64,000 bases of DNA. Origin: a virus. Lineage: Duplodnaviria > Heunggongvirae > Uroviricota > Caudoviricetes. The position numbers and the translations under genes were made by a program. The stretch lies in IMG/VR virus record IMGVR_UViG_2667527582_000007, one strand, 5' to 3'. The notes below the pieces were generated by a model. It had not been told where the DNA came from. It did no database searches and was given only the letters and a program-made list of their open reading frames with translations. Below, in pieces: positions 42,554 through 54,241 of the stretch. Numbering within the stretch: position 1 is the stretch's first letter; the number at the start of each line of letters is the position of its first letter.

Positions 42554-43134
42554 CGCTGGCGAGACTTCAGCGACAGTTAAGCCGCAAGGTCAAATTCAGC
42601 AACAACTGGCAGAAGCAGAAACGCAAAATACAGCGACTGCATTCCTGTATCGCAAATATCCGCAGGGACTACCTTCACAAAGTCACAACGGCCGTCAGCA
42701 AAAACCACGCAATGATAGTCATTGAGGATTTGAAGGTCAGCAACATGTCAAAGTCAGCAGCGGGTACGGTCAGCCAGCCGGGGCGCAATGTCCGGGCAAA
42801 ATCAGGTTTAAACCGTTCGATACTGGATCAGGGCTGGTATGAAATGCGCCGCCAGCTTGCGTACAAGCAGCTCTGGCGTGGCGGTCAGGTGCTTGCTGTT
42901 CCGCCAGCGTATACAAGCCAGCGTTGCGCGTACTGTGGTCATACAGCGAAAGAGAACCGCCTGTCACAAAGTAAATTCAGATGCCAGGTATGTGGATATA
43001 CAGCGAACGCCGATGTAAATGGCGCTCGTAACATTTTAGCGGCGGGGCACGCCGTTCTTGCCTGTGGAGAGATGGTGCAGTCAGGCCGCTCGTTGAAGCA
43101 GGAACCCACCGAAATGATTCAGGCGACAGCCTGA
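42554..43134 (+). CDS. TnpB (IS200/IS605 OrfB), C-terminal ~193 aa
   Basis: ORF 42421..43134 with zinc-finger CxxC...CxxC; no tnpA on this block. Confidence 0.75.
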
Positions 43135-43164
43135 ACGTAGCAGGGATCCACGTCNNNNNNNNNN

Positions 43165-43205
43165 CCAGATAATAGTGTTGCAAATAAAACAGATTTTTTA
43201 AACAT
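43165..43205 (-). CDS. rclB: RclB (YkgI) N-terminus, downstream of rclA
   Basis: Minus strand MFKKSVLFATLLSG... after a hairpin tcagacgccagaacaaatattctggcgtctga. Confidence 0.5.
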
Positions 43206-43313
43206 ATAAAATACCATCAATGAAGTGATTAAGAAGTTATAGAGTAACAGAGAATTAATAAGATTCTTTTCTCTGAGACGCCAGAATATTTGTTCTGGCG
43301 TCTGATTTTGAGT

Positions 43314-44639
43314 TTATTTGACTAATGAAAATAGATCATTGAGTGATTCGCTCATCGACGGATGAGTAAATATCTGATCGCGTAATATGCTATAAGGCAG
43401 CCCGGCATCCATCACCATTTTCACTATATTGATCATCTCGTGGGAGTCAACACACAGCAGTGATGCCCCTAATATACGTTGGGTTTTATTATCAACAATC
43501 GCTTTTAATACCCCACGGGTATCGTTCATCACTCTGGCGCGCGGAATTGCAGCTACAGGCAATGTCACCACCTGAATATCAGCACCACTCTCTCTGGCTT
43601 GTTCTTCTGTCATACCAACCCTGGACAGGGGCGGTGTCATAAATACGGAATAAGGCACATTTTTCCGATCATCAGTACTACGTTTGCCTTCACCCAGTAA
43701 CTCATCACGTACAATGCGGTAATCATCCAGTGATATGTAAGTAAATTGCAGCCCGCCGGTAACATCTCCCATCGCCCAAATATTGTCTGCGGTGGTATGT
43801 AATCGCTTGTCAACGACAATTGCCCCGCGCTCGTTTACTGCGATACCGGCATTTTCTGGATGTAACGAAGCGGTAGCCGGTTGACGACCGGAAGCTATTA
43901 ACAGTGCATCCACCGCCAGTTGGGCGTGCTCGCTATGCACTTGCACTTGATTTTCATGGTGACTGATTCGCTCCACATGGGCATTGAGGATAATATCGAC
44001 GCCCTGATCGCGTAAAATCGTCGCGATATTATCAGCAATATCCCGATCTTCCCGAGGCAAAAACAGCGAAGCTGACTCTAAAATGGTTACTTTGCTGCCA
44101 AAATTAGCGAACATAGAGGCGAACTCAACGCCAATATATCCGCCGCCCAAAATACCTAAATGCCCAGGCAATTCTTTTAGATTAAGTAATCCGGTGCTGT
44201 CATATACACCAGGTGTGGTGGTAATTCCAGGAATTGGCGGAACCACGGCTTGTGCACCGGTATTAATAAAAATTTTCTCGCCATGAATCTCCAGATTTCC
44301 CTCAGGCCGATGAACACGCAGGCTATGATTATTGATAAACTCCGCCTGGCCGTCGATCACGTCGATATTGGGCATATCCGCAAGATTATGAAAATTCTTA
44401 TTACGTAAAAAATTAACCACTTCATTTTTACGCTGTATGGCACGGACAAAATCTGTGTGCTGCTGTGCGTCATGAACCAATGTTTTGGTTGGGATACAGC
44501 CGATATTAATACAGGTCCCGCCATACATTGCATTTGATTGTTCGATGAGAGCCACACGCCAACCTGCTTTTGCCAGCGTGACGGCTAATGTTTTTCCAGC
44601 CTTGCCAAAACCAATAATAACTGCCTGATATTTATTCAT
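43314..44639 (-). CDS. rclA: RclA (YkgC) pyridine nucleotide-disulfide oxidoreductase
   Basis: 441-aa ORF MNKYQAVIIGFGKAGKTLAVTLAKAGWRVALIEQS...GGTCINIGCIPTK... Confidence 0.75.
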   Translation of the reverse strand: MNKYQAVIIGFGKAGKTLAVTLAKAGWRVALIEQSNAMYGGTCINIGCIPTKTLVHDAQQHTDFVRAIQRKNEVVNFLRNKNFHNLADMPNIDVIDGQAEFINNHSLRVHRPEGNLEIHGEKIFINTGAQAVVPPIPGITTTPGVYDSTGLLNLKELPGHLGILGGGYIGVEFASMFANFGSKVTILESASLFLPREDRDIADNIATILRDQGVDIILNAHVERISHHENQVQVHSEHAQLAVDALLIASGRQPATASLHPENAGIAVNERGAIVVDKRLHTTADNIWAMGDVTGGLQFTYISLDDYRIVRDELLGEGKRSTDDRKNVPYSVFMTPPLSRVGMTEEQARESGADIQVVTLPVAAIPRARVMNDTRGVLKAIVDNKTQRILGASLLCVDSHEMINIVKMVMDAGLPYSILRDQIFTHPSMSESLNDLFSLVK

Positions 44640-44694
44640 GATGATTTCCTGTCGAAACGCGTTCATTTGACATTATGACTATAGGACGCAAAAG

Positions 44695-44763
44695 GTGACG
44701 CTGCCAACTTACTGATTTAGTGTATGATGGTGTTTTTGAGGTGCTCCAGTGGCTTCTGTTTCT
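44695..44763 (+). mobile_element. IS1 left terminus, 55 bp upstream of the rclA start codon
   Basis: ggtgacgctgccaacttactgatttagtgtatgatggtgtttttgaggtgctccagtggcttctgtttct. Confidence 0.85.
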
Positions 44764-44928
44764 NNNNNNNNNNCTTGTCACCGGAATGGCTGTTCTTCAG
44801 GATTGCTACGAAAAACCTGCCAATGCTCAATGTGAGCAACTGGTTTCCCTGATTTATCTGATGACAGAGCAGCTTGATGGCGTGGTACAGCGTTGCCAGG
44901 ATGACCTGATGAACATGGAGGTGGTGCA

Positions 44929-45252
44929 ATGAAATCACGCACTCTTTCCCTTTCACTTCGGGTAGCGTTGTATCGCCGCGCGGTAGCCTGCGCATGGCTG
45001 AGTGCCTGCCATCAGCAAAACCGCCACCTGCAGCTGACTCTGGATGAAATTGAAACCGCTATTGCCCGTGAGCTTGAAGGATTTTATCTGCGACAGCACG
45101 GGCAAACAAAAGGCATGGAAATCGCCTGCGCCCTGCTTTCAGACCTGATGGAATCCGGCCCTCTAATGTCCTGTCCCGCACTCTCCCAGCTCGGAATAGC
45201 CGTAATGGATGAGTTATGCGTCCGTCACATCAAAAAGCCGGTTTTACACTGA
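44929..45252 (+). CDS. Hypothetical small protein upstream of P4-like primase
   Basis: 107-aa [54 protein letters not shown]... Confidence 0.4.
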   Translation: MKSRTLSLSLRVALYRRAVACAWLSACHQQNRHLQLTLDEIETAIARELEGFYLRQHGQTKGMEIACALLSDLMESGPLMSCPALSQLGIAVMDELCVRHIKKPVLH

Positions 45253-45266
45253 GGGAGAACTGCATC

Positions 45267-46008
45267 ATGTCAGGAATGAAAGTCAGTCAGGCCGTGAAGG
45301 CTGCCCGCGGTCACTGGGCTCAGATTCTGCCAGCGCTGGGCGTGAATATATTGAAAAATCGCCATCAGCCTTGTCCGGTCTGTGGCGGTAAAGATCGTTT
45401 TCGCTTCGACGATCAGGAAGGACGCGGAACATGGTTCTGCAATCAGTGCGGAGCCGGGGATGGTTTAGCGCTTGTCACCAGGGCACTGAATGTGGATATC
45501 AGTGAAGCAGCTGACAGGATACATGGACTGACACATGGTCTCTCTATAGCTAATTCCGAAGTCAAGACGTTAACCGCCGATGCCGATAGCGGGAAAGATG
45601 CAGCGGCAGCACTTGCCGCGCGACTGCTGCAAGCCTCGCGTGAATCTGCCGGAAACACTTATCTTACACATAAAGGTTTCCCGGAGCATATTTGCCATGA
45701 GCTGACTTCAGATCATAAAACCGGTGGGGTGATGTTCCGCCCCGGTGATTTGATCGTCCCGCTCTATAACACTGACGGGGTGCTGGTGAATATTCAGCTT
45801 ATCAGTGGCAATGGTAGCAAGTGTTTTCTTAAAGGGGGTCAGGTTAAGGAGGCCTATCATCTGATAGAAGGGAGCGGGAGTTCAGTAAGAAGGATGTGGA
45901 TTGCGGAAGGCTACGCCACGGCGCTTACCATTCATCATCTGACAGGAGAAGCCGTCATGGTGGCATTTTCGGCGGTCAACTTTCTTTCTCTGGCCAGCGT
46001 TGCCCATA
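45267..46008 (+). CDS. P4-like alpha primase, N-terminal zinc-binding/TOPRIM region
   Basis: MSGMKVSQAVKAARGHWAQILPALGVNILKNRHQPCPVCGGKDRFRFDDQEGRGTWFCNQCGAGDGL... Confidence 0.6.
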
Positions 46009-46018
46009 NNNNNNNNNN

Positions 46019-46674
46019 ATCATTTGCTAACAGTCTCGTATGGAGCATCCCGCCAGTAGTGTATGCGCCAGTAGAATCACTAGTCCTATCGAGAAATAGA
46101 CTATTAAGCTGAGGGCTGTTATCCCTGCCTAATCCAAGATTAGTTCTGGCACCATCAATAGTTGCCGCGCCAGTGCCACCATGAGAAACATCAAGCGGTA
46201 TCCATTTTTTTTGTGTATCGCTGTAACAACCCCATGATGAGGCGGTTAAACCCAGGCGCATGGATTTATCATGGTTATATAACCATGTTTCGCTATTCAA
46301 TTGGTCAAGACGGTCCACTTCATTTTTGCGAGCGTGGCGTGTCCATTGCGGGCCTATTGTCGGACTCCAGCGATAGGTATAAAGCGAGCGAGTAGTCCAT
46401 CCCTGAAATACACCTGTATACGCTGGTGTTCCATCTACCTGACTAATAAAACCAGTAAGATTACCTTCGCCTGATGCAATAGACGGAAAACCTGTTGCGG
46501 AAGCAAAAATGCGCATAAAGCCAATATAACCGGATGGATCACCGGAAATATCAGGACAATTGCGCGGTGATGATCCCAAACCGATGTTAGCACCAACAAT
46601 ACCCTGAGCATGGTTGCGATAATTAAGTGCGTCCGCCGCAGATTTCGCCGCGTTTGTTTCACTGGATTTAGCAT
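46019..46674 (-). CDS. Phage tail fiber C-terminal region (further copy)
   Basis: ORF 45935..46579 ...RNCPDISGDPSGYIGFMRIFASATGFPSIASGEGNLTGFIS... Confidence 0.65.
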
Positions 46675-46750
46675 NNNNNNNNNNGCGGGGAGCGGGCTTT
46701 CGTAATCTTGCCTTGGATCAAATACTCCTTACATAATTAAGGAGAACAAA

Positions 46751-46877
46751 ATGGAACTTAAAAAATTGATGGAACATATTTCTGTTATCCCCGATTACAG
46801 ACAAGCCTGGAATGTGGAACATAAATTATCGGATATTCTACTGTTGACTATTTGTGCCGTTATTTCTGGTGCAGAAG
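46751..46877 (+). mobile_element. ISAs1-family transposase N-terminus with RBS
   Basis: aaggagaacaaaATG; [42 protein letters not shown]. Confidence 0.8.
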
Positions 46878-46887
46878 NNNNNNNNNN

Positions 46888-47329
<442 letters not shown>

Positions 47330-47339
47330 NNNNNNNNNN

Positions 47340-47920
<581 letters not shown>

Positions 47921-47943
47921 NNNNNNNNNNGAAGAAACAATCT

Positions 47944-48020
47944 GGCTACGTAGCTCAGTTGGTTAGAGCACATCACTCATAATGATGGGGTCACAGGTTC
48001 GAATCCCGTCGTAGCCACCA
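47944..48020 (+). tRNA. tRNA-Met (CAU, elongator)
   Basis: ggctacgtagctcagttggttagagcacatcactcataatgatggggtcacaggttcgaatcccgtcgtagccacca. Confidence 0.9.
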
Positions 48021-48067
48021 AATTCTGAATGTGTCGAATATGTTCGGCAAATTCAAAACCAATTTGT

Positions 48068-48129
48068 TGGGGTATCGCCAAGCGGTAAGGCACCGGATTC
48101 TGATTCCGGCATTCCGAGGTTCGAATCCT
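48068..48129 (+). tRNA. tRNA-Gln (CUG), 5' 62 nt; truncated by N run
   Basis: tggggtatcgccaagcggtaaggcaccggattctgattccggcattccgaggttcgaatcct. Confidence 0.85.
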
Positions 48130-48139
48130 NNNNNNNNNN

Positions 48140-48357
48140 AACTTTTCCGTTATTACCGTTGATTTCCGTACCGGTGGAATCCTTGCCGTCAACGGTGGTT
48201 TTGCCGTTGTTGTTTGCCGTGGCGTCATCACCGTTAATCTGCGTGCCGGTGCCACCGTTGGTGATGGCGCTCTCGCCTTCGTTGTTAACAACCGCCTGGT
48301 CGCCGTCAACCTGGATACCGATGGACTCCGGATCGGTGACGGTCATGGTGCCCTTGT
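48140..48357 (-). CDS. Adhesin-like tandem-repeat protein fragment (further copy)
   Basis: Same repeat family as 6761-7278. Confidence 0.4.
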
Positions 48358-48367
48358 NNNNNNNNNN

Positions 48368-48599
48368 CACATAGGCGTTTGCCTTACGCGCGGTCGTGTC
48401 AGCCAGTAGCGGCAGCAGCTCTTCTTTTTCAGTAATCAGCCCGGCCAGTTCTGTGGCTGTTTCCTGTTGTTCCAGATACTCAGCCCGAAGAGCTTTCATC
48501 TCCGGTGTTACGATGCCGCCGCTCTGGTTAAGCAATTCCCTGAACTGCGCCCGATTGTCTTTGCTGGCCTGCTCAGTTTCGGTCTGATGCTGGCGCAGA
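48368..48599 (-). CDS. Hypothetical phage protein fragment
   Basis: ORF 48053..48535 (minus) reads ...LNQSGGIVTPEMKALRAEYLEQQETATELAGLITEKEELLPLLADTTARKANAYV; no confident family. Confidence 0.3.
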
Positions 48600-48609
48600 N
48601 NNNNNNNNN

Positions 48610-49052
48610 GCTCAGTTGTTCAGGAATATGGTGCAGCAGCTCGCTGTCACCACAGTAAATGGCGGCATGATTCGGCACCGATGAACCAAAACAGCACAGC
48701 AGCACATCGCCCGGTTGTGCTGATGACAACGGCACCTGATACAGCCCTGTGGCCTCCAGATTATCCAGATAGAGATTCTGACCGTGACGCCACCAGTCAT
48801 CCCCGCGATGAAAATTCGGCATCTCAATCCCCGCCAGATGATAAGCATCCCGGAACAGCGTGTAACAGTCCGTCACCCCGTGCTCAAAGCGCCGCCCGGT
48901 GAGATGCGGCACACAGCGGAACTTATGAATCGCCCCCCGGCAGACCAGCAACCACGGCAAATCACTCTGCACCTGCAGCCGCCGGTCAGCCTCACTCAGC
49001 CAGGGCAGACCACCGGGGTGGCTGTGGACCAGCGCCACAATCTCACCCTGCA
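48610..49052 (-). CDS. K: Tail assembly protein K, C-terminal part (JAB + NlpC/P60)
   Basis: ...GEIVALVHSHPGGLPWLSEADRRLQ...CYTLFRDAYHLAGIEMPNFHRGDDWW...CGDSELLHHIPEQLS. Confidence 0.8.
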
Positions 49053-49070
49053 NNNNNNNNNNACGCTTCG

Positions 49071-49783
<713 letters not shown>

Positions 49784-49926
49784 NNNNNNNNNNCGCTAAG
49801 GTGGAAGCGGTAGTAAAACGTGAAGGATAACGTTGCATCAGCAACGGCCCGAAGGGCGAGACGAAGTCGAGTCATCCTGCACGACCCACCACTAACATAG
49901 TTAGTTGTAGTATCCAGCGTAGTATT

Positions 49927-50002
49927 GGGTGATTAGCTCAGCTGGGAGAGCACCTCCCTTACAAGGAGGGGGTCGGCGGTTCGATCCCGTCATCACCCAC
50001 CA
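49927..50002 (+). tRNA. tRNA-Val (UAC)
   Basis: gggtgattagctcagctgggagagcacctcccttacaaggagggggtcggcggttcgatcccgtcatcacccacca. Confidence 0.9.
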
Positions 50003-50006
50003 CTTC

Positions 50007-50082
50007 GGGTCGTTAGCTCAGTTGGTAGAGCAGTTGACTTTTAATCAATTGGTCGCAGGTTCGAATCCTGCACGACCCACCA
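50007..50082 (+). tRNA. tRNA-Lys (UUU)
   Basis: gggtcgttagctcagttggtagagcagttgacttttaatcaattggtcgcaggttcgaatcctgcacgacccacca. Confidence 0.9.
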
Positions 50083-50115
50083 TCCTGAATGATTAAAGCA
50101 GCATAATCCCGCAAG

Positions 50116-50191
50116 GGGTCGTTAGCTCAGTTGGTAGAGCAGTTGACTTTTAATCAATTGGTCGCAGGTTCGAATCCTGCACGACCCACCA
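50116..50191 (+). tRNA. tRNA-Lys (UUU)
   Basis: Identical sequence. Confidence 0.9.
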
Positions 50192-50337
50192 GTTTTAACA
50201 TCAAACTCAGATGTTAAGCGTGAAGGATAACGTTACGCCAGCAACGGCCCGTAGGGCGAGCGAAGCGAGTCATCCTGCACGAGCCACCAATTTTAAAGAT
50301 TGGTTCCGAGTAGAAATCTTTCAGGTAACACCCATAT

Positions 50338-50413
50338 GGGTCGTTAGCTCAGTTGGTAGAGCAGTTGACTTTTAATCAATTGGTCGCAGGTTCGAATCCT
50401 GCACGACCCACCA
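50338..50413 (+). tRNA. tRNA-Lys (UUU)
   Basis: Identical sequence. Confidence 0.9.
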
Positions 50414-50464
50414 CTAATTACGGTGGGTTCGGTGGAAGTAGTTTGTAGTATCCAGCGCAGTATC

Positions 50465-50528
50465 GGGTGATTAGCTCAGCTGGGAGAGCACCTCCCTTAC
50501 AAGGAGGGGGTCGGCGGTTCGATCCCGT
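50465..50528 (+). tRNA. tRNA-Val (UAC), 5' 64 nt; truncated by N run
   Basis: Identical to 49927-49990. Confidence 0.85.
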
Positions 50529-50582
50529 NNNNNNNNNNTGCCGATCTGACGTATGTCATTACCTATGAAATGTGAGGACGAT

Positions 50583-50718
50583 ATGCCTGTACCAAATCCA
50601 GCAATACCGGTGAAAGGTGCCGGAACCACCCTGTGGGTTTATAACGGGAGCGGCGACCCTTATGCGAACCCGCTTTCAGACGTTGACTGGTCGCGTCTGG
50701 CAAAAGTTAAAGACCTGA
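50583..50718 (+). CDS. V: Major tail protein V, N-terminal fragment (preceded by U 3' end 50539-50573)
   Basis: [45 protein letters not shown]; upstream ...[10 protein letters not shown]. Confidence 0.85.
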
Positions 50719-50728
50719 NNNNNNNNNN

Positions 50729-51207
50729 CTTCGTGGTCGCGGTGGATGCAGAAGTGGCTGCTGATAGTTGTGATGCTGCGGCATTCGTTTCTGACGTTTT
50801 CGCCGCACCGGCACTGGTGGCTGCCGCGCTTTTTGAGGACTCTGCAGCGGCAGCACTTTTTAATGCTTCAGTGGCCTTTGTTGATGCCGTTCCTGCGCTG
50901 GAAGATGCTGACTGAGCAGATGATGCAGCCTGTCCGGCTGACGTGCTGGCGGCACGTGCTGAGCCTGCAGCATCGGTTGCATGGGTTGCCGCCTCACGGG
51001 CAGATGTGCCGGCATCGCTGGCTGACTTCTTTGCGGCTGCCGTGTTCTGTGCCACTGCGGACGCGTTATGCGCCACCTCTTCCACCATCAGTTCAAAGCG
51101 GCGCAGTGCCTCCGGACGGGCATCATCCTCCGTCATGGCACCAAGAAAATCATTCAGCGTACCCGGTTGTGAGTCTTCATACACGGTGATGGTCCCGGCA
51201 TGCGATG
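50729..51207 (-). CDS. stf: Stf N-terminal region fragment (third allele)
   Basis: ...SHAGTITVYEDSQPGTLNDFLGAMTEDDARPEALRRFELMVEEVAHNAS... Confidence 0.8.
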
Positions 51208-51217
51208 NNNNNNNNNN

Positions 51218-51442
51218 TTCCGTTGCGCAGGGTAAGTCACTGTGTGGATTATCATAACGGTAGCGGGTGATATCGCCGTCAGGGGCAGTTTCCTGAATCA
51301 GACGGCCCAATTCATCATATTCCCGGCGTATTTCCAGCCCGTCAGGCCCGGTGGCTGACGTTAACTGGCTGTGGTGGTTATAGTAAAACGCCGATGCCCT
51401 GCCATCCGGCGTGGTGATGCGCGTGATGAGGCCCGTCACCAC
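51218..51442 (-). CDS. Rhs core fragment
   Basis: MVTGLITRITTPDGRASAFYYNHHSQLTSATGPDGLEIRREYDELGRLIQETAPDGDITRYRYDNPHSDLP. Confidence 0.75.
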
Positions 51443-51503
51443 ATCCGGGCTGTACTCTGTTGTCCTGCCTGCGGCATCCGNNNNNNNNNNATTACCTGGC
51501 TAA

Positions 51504-51817
51504 TCAGAACTTATAACCGACACCCACGATGAACCCGTCAGTGCGCCAGTTGCCACTGCCGGAGCCTTCATAAGCGACATCAACGGCCACGGATTCGGTC
51601 GGGTTAAACTGCACGCCAGCTCCCCACGCCAGAGAGGTGTTACTGTGGCGAGCGTCATCACTTCCGGTCAGCACGTCGTGCGTTTTTCCCTTGTTGTCAG
51701 TTACGCGGAGATAATCCCCGGAAAAAGTCGACACACGGCTGTAAGCCACGCCTGCCATCGCATACGCGCTGAACCATTCATTCACGCGTACAGACGGCCC
51801 CGCCATCACGCTGAACC
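51504..51817 (-). CDS. lom: Lom, C-terminal part (second copy)
   Basis: ...FSVMAGPSVRVNEWFSAYAMAGVAYSRVSTFSGDYLRVTDNKGKTHDVLTGSDDARHS...VGVGYKF*. Confidence 0.85.
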
Positions 51818-51880
51818 NNNNNNNNNNCAGGGTATAAGCCATTATCAAGCCCCCCGTAGATAGGCTTTGTAATGACATCT

Positions 51881-52405
51881 TCAATTAATCAGCAGTTCAG
51901 GCTGTGTCACCTGCAAGATGTATTCATGCTCGACAGCCAGGACACGCTTCTCTTTCTTCCGTTCGTTCATTAACCGACTGCCGATCGTACCTTTCAGCTT
52001 TGAGCGTGTTTCTTTGATGGCGTAGCGGTGCTGCATTTCTTCGCCAATTGCCATGCGGCGGCTCAGTTGTTCTGCCATCCAGTTGAATGCTGCGATATAG
52101 CTCTCCTTGATTGCCGCAGCAGCTTTCCCGGTGAACCCCATCACAACCATGATCCAGCCATCTTTCGTCAGGCTGTACATCGGGCGAACCTTGCCCTGCT
52201 CATCGATATAATCAGCCGACGCAAAATTGCGTTGGCTAAACTCACGCGAGCAATCAGCCTTAACCTGCTCGATTTTCCTGAGAACATCACTGTGTCGCTT
52301 GCCGAAGTACTTGGCAATTTTTCTGGATGTGGTAACGACCTCTCCGTTTTTGGCTTGCACCATTTCTCGGAAGTCGAAGGCTGGAATAACTGAATGATTA
52401 TTCAT
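51881..52405 (-). CDS. Phage Rha-family regulatory protein (antirepressor-like)
   Basis: MNNHSVIPAFDFREMVQAKNGEVVTTSRKIAKYFGKRHSDVLRKIEQVKADCSREFSQRNFASADYIDEQGKVRPMY...; RBS aaagg upstream. Confidence 0.65.
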   Translation of the reverse strand: MNNHSVIPAFDFREMVQAKNGEVVTTSRKIAKYFGKRHSDVLRKIEQVKADCSREFSQRNFASADYIDEQGKVRPMYSLTKDGWIMVVMGFTGKAAAAIKESYIAAFNWMAEQLSRRMAIGEEMQHRYAIKETRSKLKGTIGSRLMNERKKEKRVLAVEHEYILQVTQPELLIN

Positions 52406-52901
52406 AGCGTCTTTACCTTTTAGAAAGTGAGCCTGTCTCACAGAAAAGCCGCCCGAGAGAGGTCGCCACCTATAACGGCATTTCTCAGGCTCGCTTACTG
52501 AAAGGCTCTCGTTAATATGCGCGTGAGATGCGCTGTGAAATTCAGATATAAAAAGCCCCGCGAATGCGAGGCTAAATCCTGGTATTTGTAATGAACTGGC
52601 TCTTATCTCAACGCAGCCCCTTACTGCGCGCCAGATGCTCAATATCAAGCATCAGCAATGAGATGTTTAATCTGGATTTACTCCAGAAGTGATCACCACC
52701 CTGTCTACAGAGCCAGATGTGAAGGATGATGAGTAAAATTATCGCTATCATCGAAGGCATTGCGTCCTGATATATTCCTGAAGCGTTCTCAGTGCTGTCT
52801 GGTCTCTGATGATTCCGTCCCGGATACCGAGAACGTTTCGTCCAGCAACTGGAGAGAGTTCGACGGTGGCATCATTGCCCATGCCGGAGGCNNNNNNNNN
52901 N

Positions 52902-53097
52902 CAAGCGTCGCATCAGGCATTGTGCGCCAACTGCCGGATGCGGCGTGAACGCCTTATCCGGCCTACGGTTCGGCACAAACCTGTAGGCATGATAAGACGC
53001 GACAAGCGTCGCATCAGGCATTATGCGCCGACCGCCGGATGCGGCGTGAACGCCTTATCCGGCCTACGGTTCGGCACAAACCTGTAGGCATGATAAG
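52902..53097. repeat. REP/BIME elements (two tandem units)
   Basis: gccggatgcggcgtgaacgccttatccggcctac repeated. Confidence 0.85.
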
Positions 53098-53107
53098 NNN
53101 NNNNNNN

Positions 53108-54231
53108 CATCGATGTGAAACAGTGCTACCCGAACACGGCCCTGGTCGGCGTGCAGGTGGATTCGGAGCAGTTCGGCAGCCAGCAGGTGAGCCGTAATTA
53201 TCATCTGCGCGGGCGCATTCTGCAGGTGCCGTCGAACTATAACCCGCAGACGCGGCAATACAGCGGTATCTGGGATGGAACGTTTAAGCCAGCATACAGC
53301 AACAACATGGCCTGGTGTCTGTGGGATATGCTGACCCATCCGCGCTACGGCATGGGGAAACGTCTTGGTGCGGCGGATGTGGATAAATGGGCGCTGTATG
53401 TCATCGGCCAGTACTGCGACCAGTCAGTGCCGGACGGCTTTGGCGGCACGGAGCCGCGCATCACCTGTAATGCCTGGCTGACCACACAGCGTAAGGCGTG
53501 GGATGTTCTCAGCGATTTCTGCTCGGCGATGCGCTGTATGCCGGTATGGAACGGGCAGACGCTGACGTTCGTGCAGGACCGACCATCAGATAAGGTGTGG
53601 ACCTATAACCGCAGTAATGTGGTGATGCCGGATGATGGCGCACCATTCCGCTACAGCTTCAGCGCCCTGAAAGACCGCCATAATGCCGTTGAAGTGAACT
53701 GGATTGACCCGGATAACGGCTGGGAGACGGCAACAGAGCTTGTGGAGGACTCGCAGGCCATTGCCCGTTACGGTCGTAACGTCACGAAGATGGATGCGTT
53801 TGGCTGTACCAGTCGGGGGCAGGCGCACCGCGCCGGGCTGTGGCTGATTAAAACAGAACTGCTGGAGACGCAGACCGTGGATTTCAGCGTCGGCGCAGAA
53901 GGGCTTCGCCATGTACCGGGCGATGTCATTGAAATCTGCGATGATGACTATGCCGGTATCAGCACCGGCGGGCGCGTGCTGGCGGTGAACAGCCAGACCC
54001 GGACGCTGACGCTCGACCGTGAAATCACGCTGCCATCCTCCGGTACCACGCTGATAAGCCTGGTTGACGGAAGTGGCAATCCGGTCAGCGTGGAGGTTCA
54101 GTCCGTCACCGACGGTGTGAAGGTGAAAGTGAGCCGTGTTCCTGACGGCGTTGCCGGATACAGCATATGGGGGCTGAAGCTGCCGACGCTGCGCCAGCGC
54201 CTGTTCCGCTGTGTGAGTATCCGTGAGAACG
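53108..54231 (+). CDS. J: J central region (~374 aa)
   Basis: ...KQCYPNTALVGVQVDSEQFGSQQVSRNYHLRGRILQVPSNYNPQTRQYSGIWDGTFKPAYSNNMAWCLWDML... Confidence 0.85.
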
Positions 54232-54241
54232 NNNNNNNNNN

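Noticed and set aside
49794-49893. tRNA-like segments ending in cctgcacgacccacca in the Val/Lys tRNA cluster (also 50219-50290)
   Set aside because: Only the 3' acceptor/T-arm is tRNA-like and the upstream part does not fold as a tRNA; treated as spacer repeats derived from tRNA-Lys 3' ends.
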